A program made the position numbers and the translations under genes. From positions 62,001 to 126,000 of the forward strand of contig NW_026515691.1 in the NCBI RefSeq assembly GCF_025526975.1: DNA of 64,000 nucleotides, read 5' to 3'. This DNA is from Fimicolochytrium jonesii (lineage: Eukaryota). Under the pieces are notes generated by a model. That model did not search any database, had not been told where the DNA came from, and saw nothing but the letters and a program-made list of their open reading frames with translations. Below, piece by piece: positions 39,263 through 51,524 of this stretch (positions within the stretch are counted from its first letter, which is position 1; every line of letters starts with the position of its first letter).

Positions 39263-42223
39263 CTTGCTGGAATGAATATGTACGGAAGACGAGGGAAATT
39301 TATGCTTCTATGCGACGGGCCTGCCGAAGACTGGAACCTGCCAGATTGTTGAGAACTGAGGGACGAGGATGGGTGAAGATTGGGGGGACCCAGAAGTTCG
39401 CAGTGCTTTTATAACCGTTGGGTGTCGGAAAGCGACCGGGGCAGCCGGACGGTCCGGACTGGGGAGAGGAAAGAAATGATGACGACGTCTCGGAAAAGCA
39501 CGTCGGCGAGCTCGAAAAAGCCTATCCTGATGGTCGAATTGCACCGCACGAGAAAAAAACGAGGTCACCTGTGGGGACTTGTTCACAATGGTAGCGAGCA
39601 CAAAACGAAGGCACAAGCTGCAAACTCTGATCTGAGTCTTTTCAACGGCGTCGGAAACAACGTGCGAGCTCCAACCGCGAATGTTGAATTGACAGTGTGC
39701 AGGTGCCCATGCACCGGTCGTGCGCCTCGGGATTCAATATAAGCTTTCCGTGATCGGTCGAGTCACCGTCGTGGTACCAGAGGTAGGCGTCTTTTGCTTT
39801 AACTTGCAACACAGAGAAGTGATCACTGATGAGTCAGTGATGACGAGCGGGTTTATCTTACGTCCGACACGAATACGGCGAGCTCCAACACCAAGCAATT
39901 TCTCAGATGGCTCCAGCGTTCGAAGTTCAGCAGTCTGGAATGACTTGTTTATGATATGTGGATTGAAACCCACGGCCACCGTTTATACAACTCGAAATCG
40001 AAGGGCCGAGGACTGGGAGGCATCATGCGAGATAGGGCTCCCACCTAGTTCCAGATACATTGTCCTGCGCTCACGTTTGGCCGTCGCAGTAGACTACTCG
40101 TAGGAAACGTGCTTCCCATGGGGTCATTGGCGTTCACGATCAAGTACGGACGGGTCTCTGGCAGGCTCATCAGCCCCAAGAAGATATGTCGGGTCCCGAG
40201 GGAGGGGCCGGGGCCGACTGTATGCATGTGCATGCCACGCCCGAGATGGTCCATGTAGACTGATACAGTGCTATCCATGCAGTCTACTACCTGTTTTCCC
40301 CCCTCCCCCCCCATCATCTCTCCAATGGGCGATGGGGATGCCCACATGTGGACCCGAGTTGGGTGGAGGTCGGAGTCCTCATGCGAAAACGCTCGTGATT
40401 TTGTGAGACGGCGGCTCGGCACCCGCACGTTCAGAGGGGTGTGGCTTTATCCGATACCGCGGCGCTCATTCGCGGCGCCCGTGGTATCAACACGATCCAG
40501 TTACGTATTACGTACATACCTTCGCGTTTGAATTGCGACTGGTTTATTGCGAGTGTTAAATTTTTGAGAACCTCCAAGGTTACGCAGATTATATGCACAG
40601 CGAGTCGCTGAATAATGCACACCAGATTTTGCTATAGACCAAAAGAATAAGCCAATGCACATAGCCAAATATACTGTTTCCGACGGCATTGTTCAGTTTG
40701 AAGAGCGATTCACATGACGTCAGACAAACACCGGAAACTTTCAAGGTCTTTTCCGCCCTGCACTCTCAAATTCTCTCGACCTCCTGACAAGGTTGTTTGA
40801 ACAGATTTGCGGGCGTGATGCTCTGAAGGCGGATCTTGGTATCTCCGTCGCTGACAAATCCTTGAGCTCTCCAAGTGAGAAAAGAGTCGACCACTGTGGA
40901 TATACACGACCACTTTTTGCCTTTGCCTCTGGTGCCTCTGGTGCCGCTTTACATCCACAATACATCCTGGCGCAAAGTTGCAGATCTCGGAAGGAGAGAA
41001 CCAGTATACGTATACACAGCTTCCTTCACCCGTCATTTTTGCCGCCCAGTTGGGTATTTCTGGACGGTGTCGGGGGATAGCAGAACACATTGTTTCGACA
41101 GCATGCATGTCTGACGTGTGTCGGGGGTATGTCCTCACGCGACACGCAAGAAATATGGAAAGCAGAACCACTGGCATGACGTCGATGGCCTCTACAATGC
41201 GCAAGGAGAGGAAGCCCTAGTCTGAACATGCCCTATGCCAGCGATCATGTAAGGTCATATCTCCAGCTAATCGGTGCCACCTAGGTCTCCAGCGGCCAGC
41301 CCCCTATCGTCCATGGATGACCGTTCATGCTCACAACAAGACAGGGAGTAGCAGATATTCATAAAGTGAAATGTTCGCCGTTGGTAGGGTTTCAGATTTT
41401 GGGACCTCGTCTCGTACGCCGACGCTGCAATGGCTGGCTGCGAACCTGCGTCAAGGGTGCTCTTAGGCTCAACGCTCCGAAAGGAGCTAGACGTGCACGA
41501 GCTGGAGACGATGGTTGAAGAATATACATCCCAATATCCGCAAGACAATGGTTTTACAGCTTTGGTTCCTATCCCTCGCCTTTAATCCTGCATTTCGTCC
41601 GACAGGGTGTGTATAACTGGAACGTACTCTTGGAGTTGGGGCCGGTGCTGGCTTTCTCTGAGCTTGCTACATATACTGTACATACAGACAAATATAGCAT
41701 ATGATATGGAGAGAATGCATGCTTAAGTTCCCGATCTGAGATCGGGTACAGTTGTCGGCGAGGTGGTCTCAGAGACTCGTCATCGGACGGTCGCCGGTCG
41801 GTGAATTCAGACCAACCGTCTCAACTTCCAACTTTCCCAAGCCGCACGACCTGCAACCAGGTTGCAACCAAATTGCACCCAACCTTCAAACCTTATCCTG
41901 CAAATTAATGCCTACCGCGATTTGTGTGCAATGTACATAAGGCTTATTGCTATGTTATGGATGACCCTTATCATGAGGTTAAGCCCAAGGCGCTTTGAAG
42001 TGTGGATGTCCTCGACGCCAAGTCGGCTGTGCCTTCACCGACATCTGTATGCTGGTCCTCGGTCTACCTTTTTGCTTGCGCTTGTCCACACTCGCAACAC
42101 CGTACATACAAAAGCCCCGGGTTTCCTTGACTCCCCTCGTGGACTTCTCATAAGCCGTTCTATATCCGGAATCGCGTCCTTTAGCTTTCTTTGTCCTATA
42201 GTGCTACCCTTTCTCGCGTTTGA

Positions 42224-45200
42224 ATGGCATACGACCCGAATGGTTCGGAAGCAGAGTTGCGCTCTGTATCTGTAAGGCTCGACGGCAGAGGTAAGAACGG
42301 GCCACCTCTCGTTTACACCCACTTCTCCAACTTATTCTTATGCGAATTCCCTCTTGCAGCAAGTATCGAGCATCAGATAGACATCCACGTACTTGATCTC
42401 GTGGACGCTGCCGATAATGCCGACATCTCCCTCGACGACGTTCTCCAGGGTCTCAAATATGTCACGGAATACCGCATCAAGGGTGGCAAAATGTCACACC
42501 TTGATGGTGCACTGATGGAGAGGCTCTTGGGTGGCCTATTGCAAAATATGGGCCATCAAACTGGAAACCTGCTTCGTTCTCGCCCCACCCCAGAGGCCGA
42601 CATTGCCTTTGTGCTGTTTGGAGAATTCCTCGAAGAAGTCGAAGAATTCCGCACGGCGGTCAATAAGAAGTCCGCCACCGATCTTCGCCATGCTTTGAAG
42701 ATCCACCGTCGTTGTCAGCCTTCGAGCACACCCGAGCAGCGTGAAGACGCTGCTGGTGTTCTGGCGCTCCTTATGCGCTATTGTCCGCAACACGATTGGA
42801 AGGATCTCGTCGAGGCGGATGAACATGACGATGTTCTCAAGCTCATGAAGGAGTTTGAGACAAAATTCGCTGAGCCTTCGATGCCACCTGCCGACAAAGT
42901 GTTGCCACCACAAACACTTTACTTTGACAAAAATGTTCAGCAGCTTGCGGAGATGTTTGGCACAAACCTTGAAACGGGTCTCCCCAGCGCCCGTATCCCC
43001 GAAATGACGGACCACTATGGAAGCAATAAGCTTCCCTCCCCGCCAAAAGAGTCGCCTCTCTTGATGCTTTGGGCCCAGGTTACGGACTTCATGGTTCTCA
43101 TCCTTATTGCGGCCGCTGCTGCCCAATTCGCCACCGATGACATCAAGGCCGGTATCGTTCTGTTGGTGGTTGTCGTCATGAACGTCACGATCGGCTTCGT
43201 ACAGGAGTACAAGGCCAACAAAGCTCTGGAAGCCCTGCTGTCACTCACTGTACCCAGAGCAACCGTTATTCGCGATGGAAAGAAAGAAATCGTCGATTCC
43301 GCCGTACTGGTCCCTGGTGATTTGGTGGTGTTGGAAGAGGGCGACGCCATCCCGGCTGACTTGCGTCTCTGTGAAGTGGCCCAGCTCGAAATCGTGGAGG
43401 TCATCCTAACCGGTGAAGCTCTCGGTGTCTCCAAGTCGTCTCACACGATTCGGAAACGCACACGTCGCCTCCCACTTGGAGACTGCAAAGGCAACGCTTT
43501 CATGACGACTACTGTTGCCCGCGGTCGTGGGAAGGGTATCGTCGTTCGTACGGGAGACAACACCGAGATTGGCAAAATCAGCAGTGCCATCACCGCCGCT
43601 CCCAAGCGCAAGACGTCTCTCCAGATCAAATTGGCCAAGCTTGGCAAATGGCTAGTCGCTCTCTCCATCGGACTTTGCGCACTGATCATCGTCATTGGAG
43701 TCCTCTACAAGCGTGACACTCTTGAAGTCGTCAAGATCGGTGTTTCCCTTGCCGTCAGTGTCATTCCTGAAGGATTGGTTGCTGTCGTGACCGTGACGAT
43801 GGCCTTGGGAGTGGTTCGAATGGCCAAGCGCAATGCGATCGTCAGAAAGCTGCCGTCCGTAGAAACTCTTGGATCCGTTAACGTGATCTGTTCGGATAAG
43901 ACTGGTACCTTGACGGAAGGCAAGATGGGGACTGCCGAACTTTGGACTAGTGATAACTCGTACTTTACCTTCACACATTCCACCAACATGGATCCGAACG
44001 TCGGCAATGCTCAACAAGGCACGACAATCCCGCTTTCCGACGCCCTAGCTGCCCCCAATGACACGACACGAGACGATCTGGCGAAAAAGCAAGCTGTTGA
44101 TCTGCCAAAAACTTTCGAGGGCATGCCTAGTCATCTCTTCATCGCTACAATGGCATACAGTCTCTGTAATAACTCGGCAATCACACGAGATGAGGAGACG
44201 GGTGGATTGAAGATGATTGGTGATCCCACCGAAGTGGCTATGATTATCGCTGCTCAGAAAGTCGGCTTCCCCAGGGAGTGGTTCCAAAATGAGCTCGGAT
44301 TGAAGAAGCTCGGTGAATATGCATTTGACAGGTGAGTAATGACTTTGCGTATCGTGTGCGCTTTAGGATGTCAACTAACAAACGCTCAATTCTTAGTGAT
44401 CGAAAGCTGATGAGTGTCATTTACCAACAAGCCGAAAAGTCCGAGTTCCAGACTCCCTTCTCAAAAAACTCCTCGTTTGTGTTCACTAAAGGCGCGCCAG
44501 AAGGAGTCTTACAACGTTCTACGCACTACCTCCAGCCTTCCACCGGAATCTCAAATCCAATCAGCTTCCTCCAAAACCTCGATCCCGAGCCGATCAACGA
44601 AGATTTTGTTGAGCTGGTGTCCCACAAAGCGTCTGTCATGGCTTCCAGTGGGTTGCGTGTGCTAGCGCTGGCCATGCGCAGTGTTACTCCAGAGGATGCC
44701 CAGGAAATCATCATGGCCAAGAAAGAAAGCGCCGCGGAGCAAAAGCTCACCTTCATCGGATTGATCGGATTGATTGACCCTGCCAAGTCCGGCGTGAAGG
44801 AGTCGGTGGAAACTTGTAAACGCGCTGGTATTCGTGTCATTATGATCACCGGCGATCATATTGCCACTGCGTCGGCGATCGCGAAGCAGCTTGGTATCCT
44901 TGACCCTGCGCGCCAGTCGACATCCCGGGCCATGAAAGGTTACGAAATTGACCTTCTTTCTGAAGAACAGCTCGCTGCTTTGAATCCCTTCCCCGTCGTC
45001 TTTGCCCGTGTTTCACCCGACAACAAGCTCAAAATCGTCAAAGCCCTTCAGTCTAAGAAGTTTTCTGTTGCCATGACTGGTGACGGTGTCAATGATGCCC
45101 CTGCGATCAAACAGGCTGATGTCGGTGTTGCTATGGGTATATCCGGAACGGAGATCACGAAGCAAGCTGCGGATATCGTCCTCGCCGACGACAACTTTTC

Positions 45201-46029
45201 GACCATCGTGGAAGCTGTTAGAGAAGGACGTGGAGTGTTTGATAACATTCAGAAGTTCGTGGTGTACTTGTTGAGTTGTAACTCTGCGGAAATCTTCCTC
45301 TTCTTGATGTGAGTAATTGTCGATTTCGATCGAAAATGTGCCTTCGCCATGGTGCTAATTCTCTGCTGATATTTTAGCACTGCCGTCATCAATGTGGAGC
45401 CTCCATTCACCACCATCCAGATTCTCTGGGCCAATATCATCGCCGATGTCCCACCAGCCATGTCCCTCGGAGTCGAGCCCCACGAGCTTGACATCATGTC
45501 CCGCCGCCCCCGATCCCGCAACCAGGGAGTCCTCACCATGTCCACCTCCCTCCTGGTCTTGGCTCAAGGTCTCGTCATGTCACTCATGACGTTCGGCGTC
45601 TACATGATCGATCGTAACCATCTCACCCTATCTGGGGCCTCGGATGACCCAGTCGAACGACTCGTGCACCAACGCTCGCTGGCCTTCACCGTTTTGACAG
45701 TGATGCAGCTCACCCAGTCCTTCTTCTCGCGCTCCGTCATGCACTCGATCTTCAAGGTCGGATTGTGGGGAAACAAGATCCTCGTCTATGCCTACGTCTT
45801 CTCCTTTATCTGCGTCCTTCTGGGCACGTACCTGCCTGGTTTCCACCAGGTGCTGGGGCTGGTCGATATTGGAGGCGTTGGGTGGGCCGTGGTCCTCATT
45901 TGCGTAGTCTTGCAATCCGCGCTCATTGAGCTGGTCAAGATGTTGTATAGGCAGCACATGCGGAGGAAGCTCTTGGGCGGCCGGGATCCGGGCCAGTATA
46001 CCGAGATGAATGAGGAAATCAGGGTGTAA
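42224..46029 (+). CDS. P2-type cation-transporting ATPase (P2A/SPCA-like)
   Basis: PEGL, CSDKTGTLT, KGAPE, MITGDH, TGDGVNDAPA; introns ~42272-42358, 44332-44396, 45309-45377. Confidence 0.95.
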
Positions 46030-46482
46030 ACTGTTGACTTCGCGAGACTGGATATATATTACGACGCGGTGCTTCACTGACATTTGTACTGTATATACTG
46101 ATATCTTTCTCGTTCGGAGCTTTGTCAAGCTTGTCCTTGTACATTTCGCACAGTTGTATCTAGTCCCCACCTCTGAACTGTGAAATATATCTTTTGACCG
46201 GCCTGAGTGCTTGTCTGCTGCCACCAGTATTGATTCTTAACCTTAAGCCTGCATGGAAGCTCGACCTTACTGTACATCTGCATGGCCGGAAGACCGGAGC
46301 GACGAACTATGGACTCAATTAAACATACACGTGAAACTCTCCACAAGCGACAAGGTAAGATCGTTCGGGCTTAAACTACTGCTGGTTGGCCCGACGGCGA
46401 CGTCGGCGGAGTCTATCGAAGTATCTGGTCCTGCACTACCGTCTCAACCTCCCCCAGGCCCATGGGCAGGCAACTGAATTAA

Positions 46483-47872
46483 CTAGTAGTGAGCGAAACC
46501 TTCGGACCTGAACTCCTTGCCGAGGTCTGTGTAAGCGAAGGAGTCTGATCGCTTGAGGACGAAGGACACCACGAGCATGACGACCTTTTGGAGGAAGTAG
46601 AGGAGCGCGGACACTCCGCCGACCTCGCCGAGCCAGTTATTCTATAGATGTGGGATTAAGCAAATTATCATATGAAATGCAGCGCACAGCTTAAAGGCGG
46701 TGGTCGTGCGGGAACTCACCATGTCCAGAACAAGGAACGGCTTCTCGTAAGTAGCTTCCAGCTTGGGATATCTGAACTCGACTCTCACGGGAGGTTTGAA
46801 AGTCGGGTCCGCCTCCAAAGTGGCCACGTCCATCTTCATCCTCAAGCTACTCGCTTTGACCTCAAAGTTCACGTCGAACGTCCCGTCCTCCTGAACCTGG
46901 TACAACTTCTTCCCGACAATCTCGGTCGATGTGTACGCCGACGCACCAAAGAAATTGTCGTAACCCCATTGATTGAATCCTTCTTCCTTCTGGCTGCGGC
47001 CAGCGTTTGTATTTGGCGGGCCGATCTGCCGATGGGTAGCCACTAATGTCCCTTGGGGTGAGCCAGGGGCGGTGCCGGTGACCGCGAGGGCAACCTCCAA
47101 CACATCATCCGCTGAAGTGGCGAACAAAACGTCGCCTGGAAGGTCGTTGACGGTGGTACATTTGAGATCGTCGCCCTCGAACGTCACCGTGCGCTCGTAA
47201 TGGGCAGAGCACGGTTGTATTACACCAGTGGAATTCCGGAAACAAGAGACGAATTGGACGGTTGTGTGTTTGTCGGGTGGGCAGAAGGTCATCGCCGGAA
47301 ATTCATATGTGGCCTCCGGGAGCTTGTTGGTGAATACACGACTTAGGTATTCGCCGGTGAAAGTCTTCGGTGCCTCTGTCGTACGATACGTTGCGGGTAG
47401 CTAAATTGAACCGAAAAAATATATAAGAACGAGATACACAGGTTGAAAAAGGGACGTTCACAGAAGAGGAGTCGACATTTCTGAAATTATCTTTCGGATG
47501 ATATCTCCATACCTGAGTGACGACTTTGTGTCCCCGGACACCGGCGTAGATAATCATGATGCCCACAAAGAGCACGGTGAGGACGGTTTGCACCTGGTCA
47601 TAGATGGTTTGCCCTCGGCTGTTAAATGTGCGATCACCTTGACCTGCAAGACACAAAGCGTGAGCGGATTTGTTTCGAGGAGGCTCTTCCGATCAAAGGA
47701 TGCTGCTGGAATTGCCAAACAACTGAGAAGAGGTACGACGCTTCACTGACAGCGAGGCGAGATTGTCCTCCGACTCTTGGACAATTGATATAGCATGCAA
47801 CTTTCCCCCGCATTCCATCCTTTGCTTCGTCCCTTCCATCTCCAGATGACTTCAATGGAGGAACCTACCCAT
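46483..47872 (-). CDS. Two-TM membrane protein with a large loop, DEG/ENaC- or PAC(TMEM206)-like; first exon uncertain
   Basis: Exons 47643-47513, 47400-46720, 46641-46483 splice in frame: TM1 VLTVLFVGIMIIYAGV, then EFPAMTFCP, a beta-rich loop of about 230 aa, and TM2 NWLGEVGGVSALLYFLQKVVMLVVSFVL. Confidence 0.65.
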
Positions 47873-48328
47873 GGCTTAAAAAAGATCGTGTATGCTAGTG
47901 TTCGGAAATTGGATTCGGCCACAAAGTTGGAAAAAGAGCGAATGGAAAAGCCAAGCTGTCAGATGTAACACAAATCTAGCCCCGAAGCTTTGTCTGGCAA
48001 CGGACAGCTGTCAAGTCCTCGACAAAGCCTTGCATAACATTAATCTTGTCGTCGACAAAGTGCTGACGCGAACAAGCAGGAGGTACTTCTATTTCTGGCT
48101 GAAGTCTTCTTCCACCCCCTGTGCGTTGAATCCTCCGAGTCAGTAGCGTAATCGCTCATGGGTGAGCTTTGTTGACCACCTGTCAATCGGCTGAGTTTGG
48201 GCTTGCAAGGTGCTGTCATCAGGTGGCGCAGGGCACTCCCCTCCGTCGAGCTGCACACTTCCACCCCCAGCTACCCCCAGAAAGCCATCCACAAACACCG
48301 AGCTCTCATAACCGACGAAGCAGCTCCC

Positions 48329-50899
48329 ATGGATAGAGACAGAGACACCCATCGGAGAGGCTCTTTTGAAGGTGATAAGCTAAGTATGCAACTCCGTGAG
48401 GACGATTTGCGCAAGAAGAGGAAGTATCCGGACAGTCCTGGAAGGGTATGTGGCGCTGGACCACTGTTGGATGCTTTTGCGCCATCTAAGATAGTACCTG
48501 GCCTAGAATGGGGATGACTTCCCACGAAAGTCCAATAGCTTTCGAGGTCAATCTGGCGACCAGCAGCATACACAGACGTCTCGTAGTCGTAGCCAAGATG
48601 AACAAGCTTTCCCACCTCGTGATTCCCGTGATGAGCGACGCTCAAATGGAGATAGACCACGGGACTATCACAACCGGGACCATCATGAAGGTTCCGGAAA
48701 CGGGAATGAATATAGGGGCGAAAGGGTACATTCTCGAGAACGAACGTCATCAGGCAAGCGGCGCGTGTGCATTTGCCCTTGTAGTGGCAGGTTTCTAATA
48801 CGGCACACAATAGGGGATGTTAGAGACCGCGAATGGAACACTCTGAAGTATGATTCACTCAGATTCTGGCGCGGAAACCTCACACGAAGCAGAGCGCTGA
48901 TTCATGATTTTAGAGGGGAGATCCTTGCGGCCAAGAATCAATGCTTGAGCGCAAGATTGGAGTGTGAAAAGACTAAGGCCAAAATGATGGAGAAGGAAGC
49001 GAAGCTAGCGGAGCAATCAGATCTGTTATATAAGATTCAGAAGCAACATGAAACAGATCGCTCTCGTTTTCAGGTCATTTTCGCATCGTCGTTTCGATTT
49101 CCCCACTATGTACGCAAACCTGATGCAGAAACAACAGGATGACTTGAGTGCTTTGCGTCGTGACCTTGACAGAGAGCGGATAGAACGTGAAAAAGCATAT
49201 AGCCAGGTATGTGTTACATTCTGGAAATCTCGCCGGACCCAAAGATTATTCAAAACATTTGCAACAGCTGGACAAGATCGTGTCCGAGTTATTGAAGAAT
49301 GGGGAGCAACATGATCCAAGATTTCCGACCGCGCAGAAGCAATCAACCACGGGGCGGAATTCGAATGGAAGTGCACAACCATCAAACGGTCCTCTGCCAC
49401 GCAACCGCATCAACTCATGGAACGAGGCTGATTCGAGGAACAATGGGCATGATAACCGATACCGTAGACAGTCGCAGCCAGCCCAACGTCATTTGGGGCC
49501 AGATCACAACGCGCGCTCGAACGGCGGGGTCGGTCGTAAGTATCCGGACCGCGGACCCCCTCAGAAGACCAAATCGCCGGAAGTCGAGCGGCGCAAAGAA
49601 GTTGAGGAAGTTAATCCCAATGCGAGTGCCATTATTCCTGTGGATGAGGAGCTGCTGAAGCAGATGGAAGAGCAGAAGAAACTGGAGGCCAAGATGAAGA
49701 TCGAAGTTCCTCCGGAGGCTTTGGCCGAGGTCACGAAACATATTGACATTGTGGAGGTAAATGGTGCGGTACTGGCATGTTACTAAGGACAACCTCTGAC
49801 GGAGAGAGGATGCTGTAGGACTACCCCGTCGATACATCAGACAAGATGCCGACGCTGGAACCCGTCCCGGAGAGGAAGAAATCGGAGAACAAATGGGGTA
49901 GCCAGCCCAAACACACGGGTAAGGAAAAGCGGATGCGAGACTGTAAGAATCCGCAACTTTGTCCCTGACCCTCGTCTCTGTGGCCGTGATGCTCCAGCCC
50001 ATCTCCCAAGGATGCCGTCCACACAGTCCATGCCGATGCCGATGATGATGCCCACATCCCACGGCTTCCCGCACCCCATGGGTGGCATGGGATTTGACCA
50101 CATGCCCATCCACATGCGGTTCCAGCCAATGCCGCCACGGATGGAAAACGCGCAGGAAATGATGGCCCGCCAAAGCTCTATGCACCCGTTCCATCCACCG
50201 CCCCATCCCAATGGAGGGTTCATGCGGCAATCCTCGTTGCACTCGGAGATGGGCCGCGAGCCGGTCAATCATGAGATTGCGAAGGAAGTCATTCTGGCCA
50301 AGGTGAGCCCGTCCGTTACGATGCATGAGTGAGGAGAATAAACATGCTGACACCTGTTGATATCTGCAGGCGGTCGCTGGCTTGTACTCAGCCGACCCCA
50401 GTGCTCCGGGTGAACCAGTGTGTGAATGTGAGCGCGGTACGATTGCAATCAAAGGTTTCCCAGGCAAACCAGACAGCGTTCGAATGGGTATGTTGTGTAA
50501 TCTTGAGCATAACCGCGAACGACACCCGCTATAACCTATTATCCGACCGCAATCCAATATAGTCATGTACGACGACGCTAGCGACAAGAAGGTTCTGAAC
50601 CTTCTCGTATCCGGCTTCCTCGACATGAGGCTGGAGGGCAAAGAAGTCTGCTTCCGCATTAGCGACCCGCCTGAACACATCCCCATTGACTACATAATCA
50701 AGGTAAGTGGAGAGAAGGTTTACCGTGAACGCGTACGTGCAACACTAACGCACTTGTCTGAATGTGACCATGACAGCTGGAATCCCCCGACCTGACATAC
50801 AAGTTCTGGAACGCCCTCATGCGATCCCGCGCCTCGCCGGAAGCCATTCACGCAGCAGTCGACGACTTCCTCAGAAGCTACTCCAACGAGAATATGTGA
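48329..50899 (+). CDS. Hypothetical multi-exon protein (R/D/S-rich N-terminus, coiled coil, M/P-rich region, globular C-terminal domain)
   Basis: Many consensus splice sites link the ORF fragments; last exon LESPDLTYKFWNALMR...NENM*. Start codon uncertain. Confidence 0.7.
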
Positions 50900-51524
50900 A
50901 GGTAGCAGAGCGCTCTATCCCGCGCCGCGTAGAAGACGCTCCCCACAGATACCTACTATGCGTGCGCTGCGCTATCGACTCCTCACAGCACTACCTGGAC
51001 CTCTAACTCGGATCTCTGACGTGAACACTTGACGCTTTAGCTTAGCCTTATGCTGACACTCACATTGGCTCCCCTGTTATTCCCCCCTGACGCATACCAT
51101 TCCACTTTCCCTTCCCTTTTTGGACTACCTATTTTACACAGCATTTAGTAGTTGTTGTTTTCCGAGAGTTGGCTGATCACTGTCTTTCGGCGGATCCGAA
51201 ACCCTTTCCCCTCTTCCCTTTTCGGAAGTTCATTAAACCCTTCCCTCCCAGGTGTATTACCTGTGTGTGGCTAATCATTGGTGTATGAAGAAGGCAGTTT
51301 GCCCCCTCTTATGGACATTTAATGAAACACTTTTTGGGTGACTATGGACTGAGCTGACACATAGCTGGTAATATGTGATGTTGAAACCGAATGGCGTTCT
51401 ATTTACAAGATATAATATGAAGCTATGAACAAATTCTCGAAAAGCTGCGTACGAGAAGGTAACCGTCAACAAGCGGACGCAAAAGCTAGTGCTAAAACTC
51501 TAAGAGATACGCCGATACAGAATC

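Noticed and set aside
39822..39852. CTGATGAGTCAGTGATGACGAG, similar to a hammerhead ribozyme core
   Set aside because: The required GAAA is GAGC and stems I/III are not evident. It is better explained as the palindrome ATCACTGA-TGAG-TCAGTGAT containing a TGAGTCA AP-1-like site.
40710..41548. Cluster of short ORFs between the App1-like gene and the ATPase
   Set aside because: No coherent spliced model or domain could be built.
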